From positions 832,001-896,000 of the forward strand of contig JAWLHJ010000001.1 of the NCBI GenBank assembly GCA_041690395.1: a DNA stretch of 64,000 nt, read 5' to 3'. Within the stretch, counting starts at the first letter, position 1. Each line of letters starts with the position of its first letter. Position numbers and translations under genes: made by a program. This document shows, in pieces, positions 25,859 through 35,474 of the stretch. Under the pieces are notes generated by a model. It had not been told where the DNA came from. It did no database searches and saw only the letters and a program-made list of their open reading frames with translations. This DNA is from Longimicrobiales bacterium. GTDB taxonomy: Bacteria > Gemmatimonadota > Gemmatimonadetes > Longimicrobiales > Gaopeijiaceae.

Positions 25859-26859
25859 CGGGTGGCTTCAACGCGAACGTGCCGGCACGCAAGCCGCGCA
25901 CACGGATCGGGCAGGTGCTCTCGGAGCTCACCTCCGAGGCGGACGAGGCGGCCGCCGAGGCGCAGGTCGAGGCGGACCTGGCCCAGGACGTGGAGTCGAC
26001 CGAGCAGGAGGCGAAGTCGGGGAAGGCCAGGAACGGGGCCGCCCAGGCGCGTCCGAAGAAGGAACGCGGTGCGCGGGAGGAGACGGAGCGCGCGTCCGCG
26101 GCCGATACCGACGCGGACGACGCCGACGCGACTCCCGCCCCGGCCACGGACAAGGCGCGTTCGGCCTCACCTCCCGCTACATCGCGCCCGGCCACTCCCT
26201 CCGATGCCTCACGCCTCGCCGCGGGACGCGAGCGGGTCGCTTCGCTGCGGGAGCGGCTGGCCCAGGCCCAGCGGGAGCCCGTCACGGCCGCCGAGCCGAA
26301 GCGCACGGCGGCCGCCGTCCTCGAGGTGGTGCAGGGACTCCGTGACCGACTGGACGAAGCCATCGCGGAGCGCGCGGAGATGGCGGACGCGCTCGACAAG
26401 GCGCGCACCGACCTCGCCCGGGCTCACGCCGACGTCGAGAAGGAGCGCAAGCTCCGCACCGCCGTCGAGGCCAAGGCGGAGGAGCGCGCCAGGATCGCGG
26501 CCGAAGCGGTCACTGAGGCAGAGGCGCTCGCCGCCGAGCGCGATCAGGTTCTGTCGGAGCTCGCCGAGCAGCGCCGCCTGGACGACGAGCAGAACGAGCT
26601 GCTGGCCGAAGCCGAGGCCGTGCTCGAGGCCCGGGACGAGGAGCGTGCCGCCGCGGCCGAAGAGATCGCCGGCCTCAGGGAGCAGCTCGAGACGCGCGCG
26701 GCCGAGATCGCGGAGTTGGAGAGCCGGATCCAGGCCGGGGCGGCCGATCGGGCGCGCCTGGAGGCACGCTGCCGGGACCTCGAAGCCGAGGTCGCCGAGC
26801 TCACCGAAGCCCGCGAGGCGCTCGAGGCCATCGAGGCGACGGTCAACCGGAAGCGCTGA
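25855..26859 (+). CDS. pomX: PomX-like protein: N-terminal ATPase-activating peptide, disordered linker, C-terminal coiled coil
   Basis: ATGA coupling; MTGGFNANVPARKPRTRIG aligns with recalled PomX MKKAFEQNVSRAKPRLRLG (K13, R15); long C-terminal coiled coil. Confidence 0.8.
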   Translation: MTGGFNANVPARKPRTRIGQVLSELTSEADEAAAEAQVEADLAQDVESTEQEAKSGKARNGAAQARPKKERGAREETERASAADTDADDADATPAPATDKARSASPPATSRPATPSDASRLAAGRERVASLRERLAQAQREPVTAAEPKRTAAAVLEVVQGLRDRLDEAIAERAEMADALDKARTDLARAHADVEKERKLRTAVEAKAEERARIAAEAVTEAEALAAERDQVLSELAEQRRLDDEQNELLAEAEAVLEARDEERAAAAEEIAGLREQLETRAAEIAELESRIQAGAADRARLEARCRDLEAEVAELTEAREALEAIEATVNRKR

Positions 26860-26955
26860 GCACGCCCTCCACCACGAGCAGGCGGCGACCGGACGCCTCC
26901 CGGGGCAGGGCCACGGGAGGCCGGCAGCGTCGTCGAGGTGCCCGAGGGGACCGAC

Positions 26956-27462
26956 TCACTCCGTGTGATGGAAGGTCGAGCCCACGAACCTCAGGAAGAT
27001 GAAGCCGGCCTGGCAGATGTTGGCGATGAGCGCGGTCACGTAGAGCGCGCCGGGATCAAAGCCACCGATGCCGAGAACGATGACCGCGAGGCCGGCTTGC
27101 TCGGCGATTTCGAGCGCCGTGACCACGACGACGGCGATCCTGTCGGGCGGGAAGTCGCCCCGCACCGGCTCGTAGGCCCGCAGGAACGACACGATGATGC
27201 TGTTGTCGAAGATCAGGAAGGCGACGGCCGACGCGCGCCACACCAGGTCCCCCTCCATGTACCCCGCCAGCCCGACGGGGATGAGGGCTCCTGCCACACC
27301 GGCCACGCCGCTGGCGATGACGAGCCGGAGCCTCAGTAGATCGTGCGCCGGCGCGGCGGTGCGCTGAAGCCCCCGGGGAATGACGCTGACCAGCGCGGCG
27401 AAGCCGGCGAACGCCGCTGCCACCTCGGCCATGGACAGTAGGGTATCGGCTTGCGGCAGCAT
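26956..27462 (-). CDS. Hypothetical multi-pass membrane protein
   Basis: 'LLSMAEVAAAFAGFAALV' plus about four further hydrophobic helices. Confidence 0.65.
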   Translation of the reverse strand: MLPQADTLLSMAEVAAAFAGFAALVSVIPRGLQRTAAPAHDLLRLRLVIASGVAGVAGALIPVGLAGYMEGDLVWRASAVAFLIFDNSIIVSFLRAYEPVRGDFPPDRIAVVVVTALEIAEQAGLAVIVLGIGGFDPGALYVTALIANICQAGFIFLRFVGSTFHHTE

Positions 27463-27512
27463 GCGTGGAAGTCCTTTTGGGGGGCGCCGGGCAGGGCCGT
27501 CGGTGCGTCCGG

Positions 27513-30425
27513 CTAGCTCACCGGCCGCCGTCCCTTCACACCGTCCTTCTGCTCCAGGTATCCGAGCCCGTTCTCGATCCACTCGGGCGCGGGCTCGCCC
27601 TTCAGGTAATGCGCGAACCACTCCAGGATCCGGTTCTGGTAGTCGCGCTGGTTCGGCTCCTCCGCGAGACCGTGATTCTCACCTTCGTAAGCCAGAAACA
27701 CCATGTCCTTCCCGAGCCTGCGCGCGGCGTTGTAGAACTCGACCCCCTGGTTGAACTCGACCGCCCCGTCGTTGGTGCCGAACATCATCAGGAGAGGCGT
27801 CTCCATGTTCTCGATGTTGTGGACGGGTGAGTTGGCGTAGTAGCTGTCCCAATCCTCCCACCAGGGCACCTGCATGCGCCCCTGGCTGATCTCGAAGATG
27901 CGCGCGTCGGTGCCGCCGCTGTTCCAGTAGAACGACAGGTACATGCTCATGAGGTTCGTGAGCGGCGCGCCGGCAACCGCGGCGGTGAACAGGTCGTCCT
28001 GCGTGACGAAGAACGTGGTCTGGTATCCGCCCCACGAATGCCCGATGAGGCCCATGCGCTCCGGGTCGATGAGCCCGGTCTCGAGCACCGCCGCCACCGC
28101 GGGCCGCAGCGTCTCCACGTTGGACTGGCCCGGCCTGCGGTCCCTGTAGACGATGTCCGGCCGGAACACGAAATACCCTTCCTGGCTCCAGATCTGCTGG
28201 TTGTAGTACTGCGTGGGATCGGGGACCTGGTACTGGTGCATGCCCTGCGAGAGCAGCTCGTAGTGATACACGATCAGCGGATACTCGCGGCCCGGCTCGT
28301 AGTCCGCCGGGTAGGTCAGTACGCCCTGTAGCGGTCGTCCCCACTCGTTCTCGTAGTCGATCAGCTCGGTGCGACCCCACGCGTACGCATCGTGGAACGG
28401 GTTGGTGCGCGTCACCTGCACGGGGTTCGCCAGATCGGGCCCGGCCACGAAGTAGTCGGGCGAGTCGTCGAAGGCCTCCTGCCGGAACAGGAACACGTCG
28501 GCGTCGTCGGCCTTGCGGAGCCCTCCGCCGAAGCCGCCGAACGACTTGTCGTCCCAGACGAGCATCTGAGGCTCTTCGCCAAGCCGCGCCCGCGCGAAGC
28601 CGGCCTGCTTGGTCCACTCACCGTAGGTCGAGTAGTACAGGGGCTCGTCGGGGTCGAACGCGTCCGCTTCCGGATCGAGGCGCTGCAGGCGGTAGCGCAC
28701 CTCGTCGTCCGCGCCGCGGGTGAGCGCACGGCCGCCGGAGCCGTCCAGCCGCACCTCCCAGACGTCCCACTCGTCGTTGAGAAGCACGGCCGCGTCGTCC
28801 TCGAGCCATCCGGCGACCCCGAACGACGGCATCTGCTCGCGGGTCGGCGTCACGTCGAGGTTCACGAACCGCGTCGGTACTTCGGCGGTCAGGTTCCGCG
28901 TTTGTCCACTTCCGAGATCGTGCGCCCACCAGTGTTCGCCTTCGAACCAGATGGCGTAACGGCCCGCGGGGCTGAGGCCGGAGTTCTCGGCGCGCTCGCG
29001 GACGAGGGTCTTCTCTCCGGTTTCGACGTCGATGTCGTACAGATCGAAGAACTGCTGCCGGAACATGGCGTGCTCGTCGTAGGGCGTCTCGTCCATCCCG
29101 ATGGCGTTCGCGCCGCCGTCCGCGAGCTCGGTACGCTCGGTGAGGTCGTCGCCGAGCTGCACGAAGGCGCCCCGGTCCAGGTGCCAGGCGGTCAGATGGT
29201 TCGCTTCCCGGAGCTGCTCCTCACGCACCCGTTGCTGCGGGACGGGATCGACGTCGCGCGTATGCCAGATCTCCACGCCGGGAAGGTCGTCGTCATCCTC
29301 GCATTCGTCCGTGCCGTTCGCGCCGCTCGGACCGGATCCGTTCCCCGAACCTTCGCCGTCGTCCGTAGGCTCCTCCGTGGCACACGGCTCGGGCGCGGGT
29401 CGCCGCTCCTGGATGCCGACGAAGAGTGTCGAGCCGTCCGCCGACCACTCGGGCGCGCGGTGTTCCACCACGCGCATGCCCCGCGGCGTCTGGACGTTCC
29501 CGCCGCCGTCGAGCACGAAGCGGGTCGGCGAGGTGCCCTCCAGCCCACGCCAGGCGAGCACGACGTGCGCCGTATCCGCGTAGGCCGAGTCCTCCCGGGT
29601 GCGGAGCACGGCCAGGTCGGCGGCATCTTCGCGCCACTGTATCTCCCGGTACACGGCGTCGGCCTGGTCGAGGGCCCGCACCGTTCCGGCCGACGGATCG
29701 TAGAGCGACACGCCGTTGCCCACGCGGTCCGCCGCGTCGAGGGTCATGGCCAGGAGATGACCCTGGTCCGACCAGGCCACGCCAGAGACGTTGCCGAACA
29801 CCATCCGGTCTCCGGTGGCGAGCTCCTCCACGATCAGGTCGGCGCCGTCATGCTCCTGGTCCTCCAGACCGTACCGCTGGAGCGCCACGAAGCGCCCGTC
29901 CGCGGACAGGCTGAACGACGCCACGTCCTCGCGCACGTCCACGGTGCCGTTGGCGAGGTCGAGGATGCCCACGTCGTTCCGTACCGGGCGGTCGTCCTCC
30001 TCGGCCCCTTCCCGCTCCTCCTCGGCCCCTTCCCGCTCCTCCTCGGACTGCCCAATAGAGTACACGAGCCAGCGTCCGTCGTCCGAGAACGTCTGCCCCG
30101 AGCCGTAGCCCACCACGACCACCGAATCGGATCGGGTGTCGTGCACCCGCAGCTCGTCCTCGTCGTTCACCCGTGAGATCGAGACGGCGAGCCAGCGTCC
30201 GTCGGGCGACAGCTCGGCCTGCCCGAGCGATTCCCACTGGCCGTAGTCGTCGGGTCCGAGCGTCGGCCGCTCCTGGGCGGCGACCCGACCCGGCATCGCC
30301 GCGGCGAGGACGGCGAGCGCCAGCCCGGCGGTCGCCGGAAGCGCAGCGCTCACATGGCGAGCGAGGGCCTCCGTCGAGGAAGCGCGACCGTCGGAAGGGG
30401 CGTGGCGGCGGGGGGCGGGCTTCAT
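27513..30425 (-). CDS. S9 family (prolyl oligopeptidase-like) peptidase, exported
   Basis: GAGGAG RBS before MKPAPRR; GHSWGG, DGAV, ENHG; beta-propeller N-terminus. Confidence 0.9.
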   Translation of the reverse strand: MKPAPRRHAPSDGRASSTEALARHVSAALPATAGLALAVLAAAMPGRVAAQERPTLGPDDYGQWESLGQAELSPDGRWLAVSISRVNDEDELRVHDTRSDSVVVVGYGSGQTFSDDGRWLVYSIGQSEEEREGAEEEREGAEEDDRPVRNDVGILDLANGTVDVREDVASFSLSADGRFVALQRYGLEDQEHDGADLIVEELATGDRMVFGNVSGVAWSDQGHLLAMTLDAADRVGNGVSLYDPSAGTVRALDQADAVYREIQWREDAADLAVLRTREDSAYADTAHVVLAWRGLEGTSPTRFVLDGGGNVQTPRGMRVVEHRAPEWSADGSTLFVGIQERRPAPEPCATEEPTDDGEGSGNGSGPSGANGTDECEDDDDLPGVEIWHTRDVDPVPQQRVREEQLREANHLTAWHLDRGAFVQLGDDLTERTELADGGANAIGMDETPYDEHAMFRQQFFDLYDIDVETGEKTLVRERAENSGLSPAGRYAIWFEGEHWWAHDLGSGQTRNLTAEVPTRFVNLDVTPTREQMPSFGVAGWLEDDAAVLLNDEWDVWEVRLDGSGGRALTRGADDEVRYRLQRLDPEADAFDPDEPLYYSTYGEWTKQAGFARARLGEEPQMLVWDDKSFGGFGGGLRKADDADVFLFRQEAFDDSPDYFVAGPDLANPVQVTRTNPFHDAYAWGRTELIDYENEWGRPLQGVLTYPADYEPGREYPLIVYHYELLSQGMHQYQVPDPTQYYNQQIWSQEGYFVFRPDIVYRDRRPGQSNVETLRPAVAAVLETGLIDPERMGLIGHSWGGYQTTFFVTQDDLFTAAVAGAPLTNLMSMYLSFYWNSGGTDARIFEISQGRMQVPWWEDWDSYYANSPVHNIENMETPLLMMFGTNDGAVEFNQGVEFYNAARRLGKDMVFLAYEGENHGLAEEPNQRDYQNRILEWFAHYLKGEPAPEWIENGLGYLEQKDGVKGRRPVS
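29995..30046. repeat. In-frame 21-bp tandem duplication (EEEREGA x2) in the S9 peptidase
   Basis: TCCTCCTCGGCCCCTTCCCGC exact x2 plus a partial copy. Confidence 0.85.
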
Positions 30426-30521
30426 GGTCGTCTCCTCGTACGGCGGGTCCGCGGAACCGGATGAGGCCAGGATGGGGACCCGGCGTGAGGCCGGCAAGAG
30501 ATCGTCTCTGACAATGGCATG

Positions 30522-30543
30522 TTGTACAAAACGTCCATACGTT
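30522..30543. promoter_or_regulatory. Putative antitoxin operator (TTGTACAA and AACGT-CCAT-ACGTT palindromes)
   Basis: AT-rich palindromes about 60-80 nt upstream of the Phd/YefM gene; TGTACA is the core of the E. coli yefM-yoeB operator. Confidence 0.45.
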
Positions 30544-30602
30544 CCAACCTTCGACGGGGTGGCCCCGTCGGAGTGGGTGTAGCCACGAACGCTGGGGATC
30601 TC

Positions 30603-30857
30603 ATGAAACACGTGACGACCGCCGAGACGCGAAAGAACATGTCCGAGCTCATCAACCGGGCGGCCTACGGAGGCGAGCGGTTCGTCGTGACGCGGCACGG
30701 CAAGGGGCTGGTGGCCATCGTGCCCCTGGAGGACGCGACGCTCGTCGACCGGCTGCGCGGTCTGATCGCGGCGCGTGACTACGAGGGGGCGCTCCGGGAG
30801 ATGGCGGAGGCCGGCACCGTGCCCTGGGCAGACGTGCGTCGGGAGCTCGACCTCTGA
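30603..30857 (+). CDS. Phd/YefM-family antitoxin
   Basis: VTTAETRKNMSELINRAAYGGERFVVTRHGKGLVAIVPLED; C-terminal 'TVPWADVRRELDL'. Confidence 0.9.
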   Translation: MKHVTTAETRKNMSELINRAAYGGERFVVTRHGKGLVAIVPLEDATLVDRLRGLIAARDYEGALREMAEAGTVPWADVRRELDL

Positions 30858-30881
30858 TGGCGCACTGGTGATGGGTCGCGG

Positions 30882-33644
30882 GTGATGGATCGCTGGAGCC
30901 TCGAGCTGTCCCGGTCGGCCGTGGACGCGCTCCGGTCCCTGTCTCGCGACGAGCAGCGTGTCGTTGCCGAGCGGATGCGGCAGCTGGAGGTGTCGGGCCC
31001 GCCGCCCGGTTGGGGCGAAGGGGAGGGCGCGGCCGAGGGGGAGCCCAGCGCCGGGGCGTGGGAGACCTCGGCCGGGGGCCAGCACCTGTCGTGCCTCGTC
31101 CAGCCGGGGGACCGGAGGATCGTGGTGGTGACGCTCCGCCCCGCGGACGCGTCGCTCGGGGAGTTGGCGGGCCGGAGGGTTCGTCGGTGGATTCGCACAT
31201 GGACGGGAGGGGAAGGGATGGGGACACTGCTGCAGGATCTGCGCTTCACCTCGAGGTCGCTCCGCCGGAGTCCCGGCTTCACGGCTGTGGCCGTGCTCAC
31301 GCTCGGGCTCGGCATGGGAGCCGCCACGGCGATCTACAGCGTCGCCGACGGCGTGCTCTTCGAGCCGCTGCCGTACGGCGAGCCGGACGAGGTCGTCACG
31401 GTCTGGGCGAGCTGGAACAACTTCCCCGACCGCACCTGGCTCTCCGTACCGGAGTTCCAGCTCCTGCATCAGGAGGCCCGGGCGTTCGACGACATGGCGC
31501 TCTACCAGCTCGGCTCCGCGACGTTCACCACGGTCGATCGGCCGGAGCGGGTCGGCGCGGCAACGATGACGCCCAACGCCTTCTCGGTGCTCGGCGTGGA
31601 GCCGGTGGCCGGCCGCGTGTTCACCTGGGACGAGGCGCGGGACGAGGCCGACGTGGCCGTCATCGCGTACGAGACCTGGCAGCGCCGGTGGGACGGCGAT
31701 CCGTCCATCGTCGGTGGGACCGTTGAGATCGACGGCGGCACCGTCACCGTCCTGGGCGTCATGCCGGCGGGTTTCATCCTGCCGACAGACTTCGGCTCTC
31801 CTTCGCCGTCCGAGGTCTTCCGGCCCGGGTACGTCGATCTGGAGTCGCCGGCTCCCGACCTTGGCGGTGGCGGCAGCCACGGCTCATACGGGGTCGCGCG
31901 CCTCTACGATGGTCAGACCGTCGAGGACGCCCGCGCCGACGTGGAGCGGATCCTCGCGCAGAACGTCGAGCCGGTGGGGCTCTACGATCCGGAAGTCGCG
32001 TTCGCCTTCCGAGTCTTTGGCGCGAAAGAGGACATCGTGGGCTCCGTGGGCGCCACGCTCTGGCTGTTGCTCGGCGCGGTCGTCCTGGTCCTCCTGATCG
32101 CGTGCGGCAACGTCGCGAACCTCCTCCTGTCCCGGGCCGAGGCGCGGGTGCGTGAGATGTCGCTCCGTACCGCGCTCGGGGCAGGTCGGTCCCGCATCGT
32201 TCGCCAACTCCTCACCGAGAGTGTCGTGCTGGCCATGCTCGGCGGTGCGCTCGGCGTCGCGGTCGCGGCGGTCGGCGTCCCGGCACTCCTGGCCATCGAC
32301 CCGGAGGCCGTGCCCAGATCGGCCTCCGCTTCAGTCGATCCCTCGGTGCTTCTCTTTGCGCTGGGTGCGTCGCTCACGACCGCAGTCGTGTTCGGCATGA
32401 TACCGGCCCTGCGCGTGCTCAGGGAGACGACCTCGGACGTGCTCGGTGAGCGACGGGGCGTGGGAGGCGGCGCGTCGAGCCGCGTGCAGGGACTCCTCAT
32501 CGCGGGCCAGATGGCCATGGCGGTCGTGCTCCTGACGGGCTCGATCCTCATGATCCAGACCTTCGTCGGCCTCCTGCGCGTGGACCCCGGGTTCGAGCCT
32601 CAGGAGAACGTGCTCACGTTCCGCCTGACCGCGCCGAGCGGCAGCTATCCCGAGACCGAGCAGGTCGTGGCGTTCTACCAGGAGCTCCGCCGTCAACTCG
32701 ACGAGGTGCCCGGCGTGCGGCGCGCCGGGGCCGCCCGCCTGCTCCCGCTGGCCAGCACCATGGGAGACGCCGGCGTGTTCGTGGAGGGATACCAGCCGGC
32801 TCCCAACGAGTCGACGCAGGCGGAGTGGCAGTACGTCACGCCGGGCTACTTCGAGGTCATGGGAATCCCGCTCCTCGCGGGCCGTGGCATCGACGAGCGT
32901 GACATCGCCGGCGGGCAGGAGACCGTGGTGATCAGCGAGTCGCTGGCCCGACACTACTGGGGCGACCGCGACCCGATCGGGAGTCGCGTGGGCATGCTCG
33001 GCGACACGACGGTGGTGATCGGCGTCGTCGGGGACGTGGCGCACAACGAGCTCACGGGCAACGTGCGTGAGACCTTCTACCGTCCTCACGCGCAGCAGAC
33101 GTCGCGGAGCCTCACCTTCACCGTGGCCACGGAAGGCGATCCCTACGTAGTGCTCCCCGCGGTTCGCGGGGTGGTTCGGGGCATCGACCCGACCATGCCG
33201 ATCGCCGAGATCCGCAGCATGGACGAAGTCCTGGCGGGGTCACGGGCCAGCCATCGCTTCGCGACCGTGCTCCTCGGCGCGTTCGCCGCGATCGCGCTCA
33301 CGCTGGCGGTCGTGGGGATCTACGGGGTGGTCTCCTACGCCGTGAGCCGACGCCGGTCCGAGATCGGTGTTCGCATGGCGCTGGGCGCGGAGGCGGGGGC
33401 TGTCGTGGGCATGGTGCTCCGCCAGGGGATGGCGACCGCGCTCGTCGGCGTGGCCGTCGGGACCGGCGCGGCCCTCCTCGTGACAGGCCTTCTCGAGGGG
33501 ATGCTGTACGGGGTCGAAGCACACGACCCGGTGGCCCTCGTGGGAGCGCCGGCGCTGTTCGCTCTGGTCGCGCTCGTAGCCTGCTGGATTCCGGCGGCGC
33601 GCGCCTCGAGCGTCGATCCTTCAGAGGCGCTCCGGTACGAATGA
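30882..33644 (+). CDS. ADOP-type duplicated MacB/FtsX permease with N-terminal degenerate RelE/ParE-like domain
   Basis: aa 1-90 RelE-like; from M113 QDLRF..RSLRRSPGF, LLIACGNVANLLL, R.ALGAGR.RIVRQLLTES, EIGVRMALGA, DPSEALRYE. Confidence 0.88.
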   Translation: MMDRWSLELSRSAVDALRSLSRDEQRVVAERMRQLEVSGPPPGWGEGEGAAEGEPSAGAWETSAGGQHLSCLVQPGDRRIVVVTLRPADASLGELAGRRVRRWIRTWTGGEGMGTLLQDLRFTSRSLRRSPGFTAVAVLTLGLGMGAATAIYSVADGVLFEPLPYGEPDEVVTVWASWNNFPDRTWLSVPEFQLLHQEARAFDDMALYQLGSATFTTVDRPERVGAATMTPNAFSVLGVEPVAGRVFTWDEARDEADVAVIAYETWQRRWDGDPSIVGGTVEIDGGTVTVLGVMPAGFILPTDFGSPSPSEVFRPGYVDLESPAPDLGGGGSHGSYGVARLYDGQTVEDARADVERILAQNVEPVGLYDPEVAFAFRVFGAKEDIVGSVGATLWLLLGAVVLVLLIACGNVANLLLSRAEARVREMSLRTALGAGRSRIVRQLLTESVVLAMLGGALGVAVAAVGVPALLAIDPEAVPRSASASVDPSVLLFALGASLTTAVVFGMIPALRVLRETTSDVLGERRGVGGGASSRVQGLLIAGQMAMAVVLLTGSILMIQTFVGLLRVDPGFEPQENVLTFRLTAPSGSYPETEQVVAFYQELRRQLDEVPGVRRAGAARLLPLASTMGDAGVFVEGYQPAPNESTQAEWQYVTPGYFEVMGIPLLAGRGIDERDIAGGQETVVISESLARHYWGDRDPIGSRVGMLGDTTVVIGVVGDVAHNELTGNVRETFYRPHAQQTSRSLTFTVATEGDPYVVLPAVRGVVRGIDPTMPIAEIRSMDEVLAGSRASHRFATVLLGAFAAIALTLAVVGIYGVVSYAVSRRRSEIGVRMALGAEAGAVVGMVLRQGMATALVGVAVGTGAALLVTGLLEGMLYGVEAHDPVALVGAPALFALVALVACWIPAARASSVDPSEALRYE

Positions 33645-33664
33645 CGACCGGAGATCCTTTGAGG

Positions 33665-33693
33665 TTGACCTAAGTCCAAGTTTGGCATATATT
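33665..33693 (+). promoter_or_regulatory. Sigma70-like promoter TTGACC-N17-TATATT
   Basis: AT-rich patch with canonical spacing, upstream of the 33829 CDS. Confidence 0.55.
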
Positions 33694-33828
33694 TACTCTG
33701 ATATGCCGCTCCGTCGCGAGGCAAACGACGTACGAGCGGTGCGCTCGTGTGCGCTTTCGTTTCTTCGGCCGAATTCGCGTTGAGGTTGGACCGCCTCCGC
33801 TCGGCCGGCAGCTCCAGGATGGTGTCCC

Positions 33829-34809
33829 TTGGCTGAGGCGACCCTCGAAGTACCGACGTCCTCCGGATCCGAACTCGACGACAATCTCTACCGGCACGTC
33901 AAGCGGCCCGAGTGGGGTGTGGCGATGATCGCCTGGGAGCGGAGTGAGACCCGTGCCTACCAGTTCGAAGACGGAAAGCTCCGCAAGTTTCCCGAGGCGT
34001 TCTACAAGCTCCTCGTGCCGGCAGAGGACCTCGGCGAGCGCACGGAGCATATTCGCGACAACCTCCGCCGGGTGATCGATGCCGGCGACGGAGACTCGAG
34101 CCGAAAGGTTCTGGAGGCGGTTGCCCCGTTCTCCGAGCAGGTCGAGCTCTTCATCCGCCTCTATCCCAAGGGATTCCAGGATCCGGAGTGGATCGAGGAT
34201 CATCGCAGCACGGACGGCGCGAGCCTCAAGCGCCACCGCGACCCGGTGGTCGCCGAGGCCAAAGAGACGCTGTCCGCCGACCGGATGAAGGAGGAGATCT
34301 CCGAGGGCGCGCACGGGGACCTGGCCGACGGCGTCGCGGATCTGCTGCAGCGCACGGACCTGGTTCAGGTGGCCCACGCCAAGGCGATTCGCGGGCTCGA
34401 GCCCGACGAGAAGAAGCGTTACGTGGAGGCCCTGAACGAGCTGCTCCACGGCGAGCGTCGCTACGAGGAGCGCTTCAAGGAGTGGCTCGACGTGCTCGAG
34501 GCGCTCTTCGACGAGCGCCCCAGCTGGCGGGTCGCGACGGTCATTCCGGGCATCGTGGATCCGGAGACGCATACGGTGGTGCGACGCTCGGCGTTCGCGC
34601 GTCAGGCGGGCTCGATTGCGCCTACCGCGCGTTACAGCCGCAGGGCGAAGGTCCGGGCCTATCGCAACTTCCGGAGGGTTGCGCTCTCTACGCGTGATCG
34701 CCTGGCTGCGGCTGGCCACGAGCCCCGTGACCTCCTGGACGTGTACGACTTCATCTGGACGACGCTCCGCACCTCGGCGCTGGAGCATCTGGGGTCCGAG
34801 AAGCCGTAG
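33829..34809 (+). CDS. Hypothetical protein (N-terminal SH3-like 'RH.KRPEWG' domain, helical C-terminus)
   Basis: TTG start after AGGA; coding-like GC3; C-terminal PRDLLDVYDFIW; function unknown. Confidence 0.65.
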   Translation: MAEATLEVPTSSGSELDDNLYRHVKRPEWGVAMIAWERSETRAYQFEDGKLRKFPEAFYKLLVPAEDLGERTEHIRDNLRRVIDAGDGDSSRKVLEAVAPFSEQVELFIRLYPKGFQDPEWIEDHRSTDGASLKRHRDPVVAEAKETLSADRMKEEISEGAHGDLADGVADLLQRTDLVQVAHAKAIRGLEPDEKKRYVEALNELLHGERRYEERFKEWLDVLEALFDERPSWRVATVIPGIVDPETHTVVRRSAFARQAGSIAPTARYSRRAKVRAYRNFRRVALSTRDRLAAAGHEPRDLLDVYDFIWTTLRTSALEHLGSEKP

Positions 34810-34838
34810 CGGAGGCGCCCCGGCTTCCCCGGGGTAAG

Positions 34839-35474
34839 CTACATGTCGAGCGCGACCAACTCCGGATTGCCGAGAACCTTGCTCGGATAGAGGTGGCAAT
34901 CCGGAGTGTTGGTCCCGCGCACGCATCCGTTGTAACGCAGTAGCGCGCGGTCCAGGTCGCCGTTCGAGCGGACGAGCGCATCCGCCAGGATCCGGGCCCC
35001 ATGGCAGATGTTCGTTTCGGGGTCGGTCAGGTCGGCGCCGTCGCATCCCCAGCCTCCGGCGTGGAACGGCATGACCTGCATGAGCCCGATCGCGCCCATG
35101 AAGCTCGCGGCCGTGGGCTCCAGCCACGGATTCTCGATGGCCATGACGGCGAGGAGCAATCGGGGGTCGACTCCTGCGCGCTGACCCTCACGGACCAACG
35201 CCAGCGCAATGCGGCGGGCGTGGGGCCGGTCGTTCCTCATCCGGGTGAGGACGTGGACCAGCGGCTCCATCTCGTGGGCGATGAACGCATCCACTTCGCC
35301 GACCTCCCTCTCGAGCGCCTCCGCTCGTGCCTCGAGCGTTCGGAGCGCGCCTTCGAGCGGCGAATACGCTGCCTCCTCCGGCGGGCTCGCGCAGGCGGAG
35401 GCCAAGGCGGCCCCCATCGTGGCCACGAGCCAGGCACGGCTCTGTCTCACCCGTTGCGCGTTACGTAACCGCAT
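34839..35474 (-). CDS. Lytic transglycosylase (SLT domain) lipoprotein
   Basis: DPRLLLAVMAIEN, GAIGLMQVMP, DPETNI..G, ALLRYNG; lipobox ASAC. Confidence 0.85.
   Translation of the reverse strand: MRLRNAQRVRQSRAWLVATMGAALASACASPPEEAAYSPLEGALRTLEARAEALEREVGEVDAFIAHEMEPLVHVLTRMRNDRPHARRIALALVREGQRAGVDPRLLLAVMAIENPWLEPTAASFMGAIGLMQVMPFHAGGWGCDGADLTDPETNICHGARILADALVRSNGDLDRALLRYNGCVRGTNTPDCHLYPSKVLGNPELVALDM

Noticed and set aside
30426..31880. N-terminal extension of the 1455-aa ORF 27513..31880
   Set aside because: Antisense shadow of the phd/permease genes; the real peptidase starts at 30425 after an RBS.
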